The notes under the pieces were generated by a model. That model did no database searches, was not told where the DNA came from, and worked only from the letters and a program-made list of their open reading frames with translations. Positions 57,610-64,000 of a DNA stretch of 64,000 bases are shown here, piece by piece. Every line of letters starts with the position of its first letter. Position 1 is the stretch's first letter. Made by a program: the position numbers and the translations under genes. This DNA is from Escherichia phage vB-Eco-KMB42, in sequence record OR539221.1; one strand, written 5' to 3'.

Positions 57610-58245
57610 TCACAGTTCAGATGCTACAGCGATTACAGCTTCAATGTTTTCTGCCGAGCGTTTAATGTCAAGATACACATTACCGTTTTTAGCGATTTTA
57701 CATGACATTCCGATATCAGTAAATTTCTGAATATGATGTTCCATCATTTTGTATCCAAAAATTCGCATATTTCCATTGTTGTTAATTTCAAAATTGCGAA
57801 TTCCGTGAGTGCGTTTTTCTAAAATAGCGAGATAGTTACTGCGATAAGTTTCAACCTTTTTAAGAACAAATCCATTTTCATCTAAAAGTTTTAACATGAG
57901 GTCTTTATCTTCTTCCATATCAGAAGTAATCTCACGAGCTTTACGAGTTGCTCGTTTTTTCAGTAGTTCCGGAGCATTTTCTTGCGCGTATAAAGTTGCT
58001 GCATTTGAAATAATATCCTGAGCTTCACCAGTAATGATTAATCCATCACCAGATTTCTCCACCAGGCCTTTTTTAATCAACACCCCAATATTACTATTAA
58101 CTACTGCATTACCTAAATCTGGATGCACCTCACGAACTTCTGCAGCTGTAATGAAATCTTTCTTAGCAATAGTAATTAAAATCGCAGCAGTTTTTTCATT
58201 CAGAACATCGTTAGAAGCTTTGATGATGTAAGTTACTTTAGACAT
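57610..58245 (-). CDS. motA: MotA middle-promoter transcription activator (211 aa)
   Basis: sequence MSKVTYIIKASNDVLNEKTAAILITIAKKDFITAAEV matches T4 MotA; early promoter upstream. Confidence 0.93.
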   Translation of the reverse strand: MSKVTYIIKASNDVLNEKTAAILITIAKKDFITAAEVREVHPDLGNAVVNSNIGVLIKKGLVEKSGDGLIITGEAQDIISNAATLYAQENAPELLKKRATRKAREITSDMEEDKDLMLKLLDENGFVLKKVETYRSNYLAILEKRTHGIRNFEINNNGNMRIFGYKMMEHHIQKFTDIGMSCKIAKNGNVYLDIKRSAENIEAVIAVASEL

Positions 58246-58261
58246 TTTCTAATCTCCGTAA

Positions 58262-58345
58262 TTCTGTATCAGTAGTTGATAGTTGTATAGTACCACAGTA
58301 TGCTTTGGTTGTAAACCGTTTTGTGAAAAAATTTTTGAAATAAAA
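58262..58345 (-). promoter_or_regulatory. early promoter for motA with UP element
   Basis: same UP element as 41570-41650, GTTTAC (58311-58316), -10 TACTATACA. Confidence 0.65.
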
Positions 58346-58370
58346 AAGGGAGAGCCGAGGCTCTCCCTAA
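58336..58370 (-). terminator. rho-independent terminator between motA.1 and motA promoter
   Basis: minus-strand GGGAGAGCC-TC-GGCTCTCCC followed by TTTTTTATTTC. Confidence 0.8.
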
Positions 58371-58372
58371 AA

Positions 58373-58522
58373 TTACTGCATGAATGTGATAACTATCATG
58401 ATAACACGTTGAATTCCGAACGCAAGAAGACCTCCTGCTACGGCTGGAACAACGCCTAAACCCGCCAGTAAAATGCTACCAGATACTAATGCAGCGCTTG
58501 TAATACCTATGAATGGACTCAT
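58373..58522 (-). CDS. small hydrophobic membrane protein (49 aa; motA.1 position), not in ORF track
   Basis: manual translation MSPFIGITSAALVSGSILLAGLGVVPAVAGGLLAFGIQRVIMIVITFMQ; ATGA overlap with gene 52. Confidence 0.45.
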   Translation of the reverse strand: MSPFIGITSAALVSGSILLAGLGVVPAVAGGLLAFGIQRVIMIVITFMQ

Positions 58523-59847
58523 TTGATTTCCTCTAAATCTTTGGTGTATTCTGTAACTACATCAGTAGTTTTCCAATATTCGTTTTCTTCTTTTTTAGCT
58601 TTAGCTTCTTCAGCAAGTTTCTTTGCTTCGTCGGAAGTCATATGAAAAATATTCATTCCAACTAGTTTATCAACATAAGAAGAATACATATCAATTTTAG
58701 AAAGTTCTTCGGTCAGTTCTTTACGAGTTTTACCCTGTACAACAATTTCACCTGAAATTACTTTCTTAATGAAATGTGCCTTGGCAAAGGCTAAACGAAA
58801 AGCTGATTCAGTTTCTTTAATTTTGTTATCAATTCGTTTTTGAACATAAGTTTTACGAACTTCAACAAAGTCTTTAATTAAATCAACTACGTTATCGTAA
58901 ACTTGTAGTTTTCCTTTCTCATTAATAACCGTAATATTCTGAGAACGACGCTCAATCAACCCGAAGTCTTTCATAATTTTTGCATGACGTTCTTCTTCAT
59001 TATCGCTCAAAGAATATTCTTTGCGGAATTTAACTTTGAAGCCAAAACCATGCTCACCACAAGCATCATCCCATGTAATGAAGCCTTTATCTTCAAGCGG
59101 GTCTAAAATTTTACTCACATAAGTTTCACGATCATACTTATACGGAATCTCAGTGATATGCATTTGAGTTCGTGAAGTAAACTTATATGTTCCACGAATT
59201 TCATATTGACCGTCAATCTCAACGACTTCACCACGAAATTCTGGGAATTCTACCTTTGGTTTAGTTACTTTCTTTCCTTGAAGAGCTTGTAATACAGCTT
59301 TCTTGACAGAAGAAACACTATGAGGAAGAATGTAAGTTGCATAACCAGTTGCAATACCGGAAACACCATTAAGAAGAACAGTAGGAATAATAGGCAAATA
59401 GAAAGCAGGCGGAATGTGTTCTTTATCTTGATGTACTGGAGCATATTCAGTATCTTTATATACGTTATAGAAATTTTTACTTACACGAGCAAAAATATAA
59501 CGACTTGCTGCTGCTTTTTGAACGGTACGAGAACCAAAGTTTCCTTGACCATCTAACAGAGGAAAGTTATTATTCCAAGTGTTAGCCATCAAAGCGCCAG
59601 CATCTTGTGCAGAGTTTTCGCCATGATGATATCCAAGGTCCGCTACACCACCTGCGATAGAAGCGAGTTTGTGAAACTTATCTTTATTTCCTCGTGCCAA
59701 ATCAAGAGCTCGAGCAATAACAAATCGTTGAACTGGCTTAAATCCATCAATCATATTTGGAATAGCACGATTTTCAACCGTGTACATAGCATAAGCCAAC
59801 GCTTCATTATCAATGATACTTTTTAAATCGCGATTATTCAGTTGCAT
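58519..59847 (-). CDS. 52: DNA topoisomerase II medium subunit gp52 (442 aa)
   Basis: topoisomerase A-subunit sequence, size 442. Confidence 0.92.
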   Translation of the reverse strand: MQLNNRDLKSIIDNEALAYAMYTVENRAIPNMIDGFKPVQRFVIARALDLARGNKDKFHKLASIAGGVADLGYHHGENSAQDAGALMANTWNNNFPLLDGQGNFGSRTVQKAAASRYIFARVSKNFYNVYKDTEYAPVHQDKEHIPPAFYLPIIPTVLLNGVSGIATGYATYILPHSVSSVKKAVLQALQGKKVTKPKVEFPEFRGEVVEIDGQYEIRGTYKFTSRTQMHITEIPYKYDRETYVSKILDPLEDKGFITWDDACGEHGFGFKVKFRKEYSLSDNEEERHAKIMKDFGLIERRSQNITVINEKGKLQVYDNVVDLIKDFVEVRKTYVQKRIDNKIKETESAFRLAFAKAHFIKKVISGEIVVQGKTRKELTEELSKIDMYSSYVDKLVGMNIFHMTSDEAKKLAEEAKAKKEENEYWKTTDVVTEYTKDLEEIK

Positions 59848-59851
59848 AAAT

Positions 59852-59992
59852 TTACCATACTAGTGAATGTAGTGCCATAATAACATCAGAAATGAAAAGC
59901 ACGACTTGAATTAATCCGAACATTATTCCGTAATATAACGCTATCAATAAAATAGCAAGGGCTAATGAATAGCCCAAGATTTTCTTAATCAT
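59852..59992 (-). CDS. small hydrophobic protein (46 aa; 52.1 position), not in ORF track
   Basis: manual translation MIKKILGYSLALAILLIALYYGIMFGLIQVV... Confidence 0.4.
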   Translation of the reverse strand: MIKKILGYSLALAILLIALYYGIMFGLIQVVLFISDVIMALHSLVW

Positions 59993-60140
59993 TAGATAAC
60001 AACACAAATGTTAAATATGCACACATACCCTGAGCTAAAGCCTGTGAAAACACACTGCTGGCATCAATACAGATAGTTAAAACACATGCTACTATCCAAC
60101 AAATAAATGAAATAACTCCTAATAATTTTGCAATATTCAT
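59985..60140 (-). CDS. ac: Ac (acridine sensitivity) small membrane protein (51 aa), not in ORF track
   Basis: 51-aa hydrophobic ORF immediately upstream of stp in transcription order; manual translation MNIAKLLGVISFICWIVACVL... Confidence 0.6.
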   Translation of the reverse strand: MNIAKLLGVISFICWIVACVLTICIDASSVFSQALAQGMCAYLTFVLLSND

Positions 60141-60147
60141 ATTTTCC

Positions 60148-60228
60148 TCACTGGTGTCCGAAGACGCCTTTAGTTTTAAGATTATTACGATAGAACTGCA
60201 TCACGTGTTCGTTGTGGAAATTACTCAT
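60148..60228 (-). CDS. stp: Stp 26-aa peptide, activator of host PrrC anticodon nuclease
   Basis: manual translation [26 protein letters not shown] matches remembered T4 Stp; start overlaps ndd stop (TAATG). Confidence 0.8.
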   Translation of the reverse strand: MSNFHNEHVMQFYRNNLKTKGVFGHQ

Positions 60229-60686
60229 TAATATGCCTGCAAAACGAATTTAAAATTATCAGCCAACATACGGTTCATTTCTTCAAGTGTTTGATACTCA
60301 GAATGATGATTACGAGTAAACGCTAAAGCTAACTGTCCTTTTCCAAATCCCGTCGTCAGAGGTTTCATCTTAGAAGCATGCAGATAAAATACTGTGTATG
60401 GAACATTGTTATTTGCAATAGTACGTGCAAGCTGAGACCGACGTTGACGAATATGACTTAGAACTGCACTGAATCCTTGCTTAGAACGCTGATTACCTAC
60501 ATAAAATCGTGCTGACACACATGGATTACTAAATGGACGACCATCTAATTTACTTACTAAAAAGTAAAATCCAGGTTTAGATAAAATATCTTTATGCGGA
60601 GTTCCCAAAAACCACTCACCACCCTTGATCGTACCAATAACAGTAGCACCTGCATTGTTCAGATCAGTAACAGTCATGTATTTCAT
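60228..60686 (-). CDS. ndd: Ndd nucleoid disruption protein (start at MKYMTVTDL)
   Basis: sequence matches T4 Ndd; ORF-track start 48 nt upstream lacks SD. Confidence 0.87.
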   Translation of the reverse strand: MKYMTVTDLNNAGATVIGTIKGGEWFLGTPHKDILSKPGFYFLVSKLDGRPFSNPCVSARFYVGNQRSKQGFSAVLSHIRQRRSQLARTIANNNVPYTVFYLHASKMKPLTTGFGKGQLALAFTRNHHSEYQTLEEMNRMLADNFKFVLQAY

Positions 60687-60718
60687 ATTGATTTCCTCTA
60701 AATTATTTTCTACTCCAA

Positions 60719-60740
60719 GGCCGCATGAATTCATACGGCC
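60719..60740 (-). terminator. near-perfect 22-bp palindrome (contains GAATTC) between ndd.1-position gene and ndd
   Basis: GGCCGCATGAATTCATACGGCC. Confidence 0.45.
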
Positions 60741-60746
60741 GATAGA

Positions 60747-60962
60747 TTAATCGTCGCAGTCGACGCTCAATTCCCAAAACTCTTCTACGGTATAAGTTTC
60801 AGTATCATTTTCAATACAGAAACGTTCATTACTGTTATTTGCTAAAGTAGCGTTAACTGTCATTTTCTCGCTAGTGCTCTTAAGAGGTGAAATACGAATT
60901 AACTGATCACCATTATCTAAACAAAAAATTTCACCAACTTTTACATCTTTAAAAATTTTCAT
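60747..60962 (-). CDS. hypothetical protein (ndd.1 position)
   Basis: ORF with SD GAGGTGA. Confidence 0.55.
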   Translation of the reverse strand: MKIFKDVKVGEIFCLDNGDQLIRISPLKSTSEKMTVNATLANNSNERFCIENDTETYTVEEFWELSVDCDD

Positions 60963-60970
60963 AATTCACC

Positions 60971-61078
60971 TCAAGGAGTATAAAATCCGAATGCAGTTGT
61001 TGACCATCCCATCCAATATGGAAAATTTGCACCAATGTAAAACATAAGAATATAAAACCAACCGCTCAGCAAATTCAT
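60971..61078 (-). CDS. tiny hydrophobic protein (35 aa), not in ORF track
   Basis: ATGA overlap with upstream gene; manual translation MNLLSGWFYILMFYIGANFPYWMGW... Confidence 0.4.
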   Translation of the reverse strand: MNLLSGWFYILMFYIGANFPYWMGWSTTAFGFYTP

Positions 61079-61275
61079 CATTTTACACCATTCCAAATTG
61101 TTTCAACTACGGATTTTAAACCATTTTGATGAATATCAATTCCGACTACTGTCATCAAATAGATTCCAACTACAACTGAACCTAAGGCAAAAATCAGCAT
61201 GAAAATGAATAAAGCCGGAAAAATATTATCGAAAAACCATTCAATAAATGTAAAAGCACTGCGTTTACGCTTCAT
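61078..61275 (-). CDS. small membrane protein (65 aa; start at MKRKRSAF with SD GAGG)
   Basis: hydrophobic ORF. Confidence 0.5.
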   Translation of the reverse strand: MKRKRSAFTFIEWFFDNIFPALFIFMLIFALGSVVVGIYLMTVVGIDIHQNGLKSVVETIWNGVK

Positions 61276-61282
61276 ATTTTCC

Positions 61283-61396
61283 TCACATAAATCCAAAGTA
61301 AACGTTTAATACATCAATCATTAAAACGATTGGGAATATACTCAAAACTATTAGTATTATAACTACATTCCATATAGCTTTAACAATCTTTTTCAT
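61283..61396 (-). CDS. tiny hydrophobic protein (37 aa) downstream of early promoter
   Basis: start MKKIVKAIWNVV with SD GGAGGAACAG; ORF-track N-terminal extension covers the promoter. Confidence 0.45.
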   Translation of the reverse strand: MKKIVKAIWNVVIILIVLSIFPIVLMIDVLNVYFGFM

Positions 61397-61399
61397 TTT

Positions 61400-61470
61400 C
61401 TGTTCCTCCGTAGTTGATAGGGTAATAGTACCACGGAAGAACAGTCTTGTAAACAACTTTTTAAAAATAT
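61400..61470 (-). promoter_or_regulatory. early promoter inside ndd-denB small-ORF cluster
   Basis: minus-strand GTTTAC (61449-61454), -10 TACTAT. Confidence 0.5.
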
Positions 61471-61559
61471 TCGTAATAAATGTGAATACCAATCACCACT
61501 GCTGAAACCTGTGCAACCCACCACGCACAAGCAATAAGTACAGAATTCAAAATTTTCAT
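61461..61559 (-). CDS. tiny hydrophobic protein (32 aa), not in ORF track
   Basis: manual translation MKILNSVLIACAWWVAQVSAVVIGIHIYYEYF; SD GAGG. Confidence 0.35.
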   Translation of the reverse strand: MKILNSVLIACAWWVAQVSAVVIGIHIYYEYF

Positions 61560-61642
61560 AATAACCTCATCACAAAAGTAAATGTTAAACAAATTAATGG
61601 AATACTAATTAACCAAACGAAACACCACCATAATGAACTCAT
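61556..61642 (-). CDS. tiny hydrophobic protein (28 aa), not in ORF track
   Basis: ATGA overlaps at both ends; manual translation MSSLWWCFVWLISIPLICLTFTFVMRLL. Confidence 0.35.
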   Translation of the reverse strand: MSSLWWCFVWLISIPLICLTFTFVMRLL

Positions 61643-61902
61643 AGCTCAATCTCAGCGATTTTCATTTCATTACTATTAATAGCCGCTTTAAGACTATCTG
61701 AAAGAATTACATTCCAGTGGTCATTCATATGACCATTAACTAAGCGTGTAATTTCTTCGGGAGTTGAAAAATAAGGCGTATCAGACTCCCAATGCGATAA
61801 TCCTAAGCGAGTATAAATCATACCTTCATCATCGCTAGAATATTCAACTGACACAAACTCATCAGTTATTTTATGTTTAGCGTAATAAAATTTAAATTTC
61901 AT
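61639..61902 (-). CDS. hypothetical protein (88 aa; ndd.6 position; start at MKFKFYYAKHK)
   Basis: SD GGAGGAGCGG; downstream of early promoter 61905-61985. Confidence 0.55.
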   Translation of the reverse strand: MKFKFYYAKHKITDEFVSVEYSSDDEGMIYTRLGLSHWESDTPYFSTPEEITRLVNGHMNDHWNVILSDSLKAAINSNEMKIAEIEL

Positions 61903-61904
61903 TT

Positions 61905-61985
61905 TCCGCTCCTCCGTAGTTGATAGTTGTATATTACCACGGTCCTTGTGGTATGTAAACCGTTTTGTGAAAATTTTTAAATGGA
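61905..61985 (-). promoter_or_regulatory. early promoter downstream of denB, upstream of ndd.6-position gene
   Basis: minus-strand GTTTAC (61955-61960), -10 TAATAT. Confidence 0.5.
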
Positions 61986-62534
61986 AAGATACCATCCGTT
62001 GTAGTTGCTTTTTCTTACAACCTTACGAAGGTCTTCTCTGTCACCGATGAACTTCGGAGTGTACTGGATGACACCTGGATGAATTTCTTTAGTGTTGAAT
62101 ATAATTATACAGTCAGCGACTTGATGATTTAGAATGGGCCCTAGATTTATTCCAGAACCATATGGATACTCTCCGCTGCATCCCGTTGTTACCGAAATCC
62201 AACGCGAGTCAGTTTGATGTGTCTTAACTTCTACACGAAGCCCGCAGTATCTTGGATGCGCCAATACATCCCATGCGTATGTATACGGGTCATTAACGTC
62301 CTCTTGGCCTTTGTTAACATACCCGCTTAGCCAATCTGCTACAAAAAACTCTGCGTACACCGCGATACGGCATCTTTCGATAACTTCTGCTTTATCCTGG
62401 TTCGGGTTTTGTTTTAAAGAGTATCTTGCTGTATCAGCAATTTTGACCTTCATTTCACTAGTCAAATCACTGTTCGATAGGGTAAATGTCGGAATCTGAA
62501 ATAGTCTCTGTAAACCCGGATTCGTTTTCTGCAT
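61977..62534 (-). CDS. denB: endonuclease IV (185 aa)
   Basis: 185-aa ORF with strong SD AAAGGAAAG; size and position as T4 DenB. Confidence 0.78.
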   Translation of the reverse strand: MQKTNPGLQRLFQIPTFTLSNSDLTSEMKVKIADTARYSLKQNPNQDKAEVIERCRIAVYAEFFVADWLSGYVNKGQEDVNDPYTYAWDVLAHPRYCGLRVEVKTHQTDSRWISVTTGCSGEYPYGSGINLGPILNHQVADCIIIFNTKEIHPGVIQYTPKFIGDREDLRKVVRKSNYNGWYLSI

Positions 62535-62796
62535 TTAGACTTTCCTTTTTACCGCTGAGATAAGCGTTATATACTTTAAGAGTGCCGTAATAAATTCGGT
62601 CATTTTCATCTAAAGACTCACGGTCAAGTTCATCGAGTTCCTTTTTATCCATGACTATAACATCATTGCAATAAAGAAACCCAAGTTTTTCGTGTCCAAA
62701 CTCAAATTTATTACAGTACACAATATTAGCGTGATGATTACCATGTAGAGAAATTTCTTTTATGTCGGAATCACCGATATTCATACAATAAATCAT
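62467..62796 (-). CDS. hypothetical acidic protein (109 aa), 3' end overlaps denB start by 68 nt
   Basis: ORF with SD AAGGTGA. Confidence 0.5.
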   Translation of the reverse strand: MIYCMNIGDSDIKEISLHGNHHANIVYCNKFEFGHEKLGFLYCNDVIVMDKKELDELDRESLDENDRIYYGTLKVYNAYLSGKKESLNAENESGFTETISDSDIYPIEQ

Positions 62797-62813
62797 AATT
62801 CACCTTAAAACAA

Positions 62814-62843
62814 AAGGGCCGAAGCCCTTATTTAAATTGTTCA
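62814..62843. repeat. 30-bp perfect direct repeat copy 1 (gene 3' end plus hairpin)
   Basis: AAGGGCCGAAGCCCTTATTTAAATTGTTCA identical to 63037-63066. Confidence 0.9.
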
Positions 62844-63022
62844 ATTCTTTTCTCTAAACAATCTGCATAAGATTTCATTGAGATAAACTGTGAAAGCAGT
62901 AATTCTTGCTCAACTGCACTAACCGTTAGAAACTTTGCGCTTTCTAAAAATTTGCTCAGTGCATTAATTTTGAGCATTAATTGATCGTATTCTTCTTTTA
63001 CTCGTGCTTGATAACCTAACAT
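62828..63022 (-). CDS. hypothetical coiled-coil protein (64 aa) ending with same EQFK-stop-hairpin as rIIB
   Basis: ORF with SD AAGGAAAA; 3' end lies in a 30-bp repeat. Confidence 0.5.
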   Translation of the reverse strand: MLGYQARVKEEYDQLMLKINALSKFLESAKFLTVSAVEQELLLSQFISMKSYADCLEKRIEQFK

Positions 63023-63036
63023 AATTTTCCTTAGTT

Positions 63037-63066
63037 AAGGGCCGAAGCCCTTATTTAAATTGTTCA
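63037..63066. repeat. 30-bp perfect direct repeat copy 2 (rIIB 3' end plus hairpin)
   Basis: identical to 62814-62843. Confidence 0.9.
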
Positions 63067-63989
63067 GTAACGTCTTCAATTACTTCGTATTGGCAGGTAC
63101 GCATTTTAGCGTCGTTGTAATCAATCGGAATTGATACTACATCACGAGGATGAACTTTAACTTTTACAACTCGGCTGGTTGAACCACCGAAGTGACGAAT
63201 ATAAGATTTAGAACACACATGCAGACCACGAGAACAAGTTTGTGTATCATCGTCATTCACACGAGTACGCGGCATTTTAACTACTTTACCAGGACTGTTA
63301 TCAAAGGTATTTGAGTGACAGTCAAAGTAATTGTTGCGAACTACTTTCCAAGCATAGAAGTAACCATCTTCTGTAATTTCAATATCGTTTGCTACCAAGA
63401 AATCAAAAAGTCGAGATACCGCTTTCTGGCTTGGGTTTTCCAGCAGATTTTCCAAGAACGGAAAATAAAATTCAAAGTTTTCGCCTTTTTCCATCGAATC
63501 AAGAATACGATCAACCAAACCAGACCGCAATTCAATATTTTGATAGAATAAGCTTCCACCTTCAATTCGAACATCGCCGGAAATATATTTTTCAACAGCG
63601 CGACGAACATTAATTTTTTGTGCCGCTTCTTCCAGCTTATCCGCTACAAGCAGATTGAGAATTTCCTGGAAGTTTGAATGAGTATTAGGTGTTGCATTAT
63701 AAGTTACACCATCGACAGTAATCGAAATGAATTTTTTAGAAGCATTCCAAATAATATCAGATTTAGCAACTGGAGCAATAACTGCATCGCTATTAACTTT
63801 AACTGTAATATCACCGCTAATAGTAACTTTAGAGCGTTTAGCTTCTTCAGCATTTTTCAAAACACGACGGATTGTATCAACCGATACACCTTGCCAATCA
63901 GCCAATTCCTGCTGAGTATAATTACCGCTTGAATACAGTTTAACAATTTCAGCTTGTTCGTTTTTGGTCAGGCATTTAATATTGTACAT
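63051..63989 (-). CDS. rIIB: rIIB membrane-associated protein (312 aa)
   Basis: N-terminus MYNIKCLTKNEQAEIVKLYSSGNYTQQELADWQGVS; length equals T4 rIIB. Confidence 0.92.
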   Translation of the reverse strand: MYNIKCLTKNEQAEIVKLYSSGNYTQQELADWQGVSVDTIRRVLKNAEEAKRSKVTISGDITVKVNSDAVIAPVAKSDIIWNASKKFISITVDGVTYNATPNTHSNFQEILNLLVADKLEEAAQKINVRRAVEKYISGDVRIEGGSLFYQNIELRSGLVDRILDSMEKGENFEFYFPFLENLLENPSQKAVSRLFDFLVANDIEITEDGYFYAWKVVRNNYFDCHSNTFDNSPGKVVKMPRTRVNDDDTQTCSRGLHVCSKSYIRHFGGSTSRVVKVKVHPRDVVSIPIDYNDAKMRTCQYEVIEDVTEQFK

Positions 63990-64000
63990 AATTTTCCTTA

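Overview
This window is a contiguous segment of a T-even (T4-like, Tequatrovirus-type) coliphage genome, running in T4 map order from the 3' part of capsid gene 23 to the start of rIIB. Gene content and order match T4 almost gene for gene: head genes 23/24/hoc/inh, uvsW/uvsY, baseplate genes 25-26-51-27-28-29-48-54, the Alt ADP-ribosyltransferase region, DNA ligase 30 with its 30.x cluster, rIII, 31, cd, pseT, spanins, alc, rnlA, denA, nrdB, nrdA, td, frd, 32, 59, 33, dsbA, rnh, tail fibre genes 34-35-36-37-38, holin t, asiA, arn, motA, 52, ac, stp, ndd, denB and rIIB. Identifications rest on reading the six-frame translations against remembered T4 protein sequences and sizes and on positional synteny; no database search was run. 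Late genes lie on the plus strand behind TATAAATA late promoters, and early/middle genes on the minus strand behind sigma70-like early promoters (GTTTAC -35) and GC-stem tetraloop hairpins. The phage is not T4 itself: td and nrdB are intronless, the adhesin gp38 is the 262-codon glycine-rich T2 type, and Hoc carries an extra Ig-like domain. The best candidates for something undescribed are (i) an uncharacterised 115-codon gene between frd and td, which I recall as overlapping in T4, (ii) three extra ORFs with their own early promoter between frd.3 and gene 32, (iii) a perfect 55-bp tandem duplication that splits the HAD-like 30.2 gene, and (iv) two tandem Alt-family ADP-ribosyltransferases next to a NADAR/YbiA-like and HAD-like gene pair. 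No CRISPR array, tRNA, rRNA, intron or homing-endonuclease gene was found. I could not identify a clear multi-gene novel system with confidence; the flagged loci are where I would look first.
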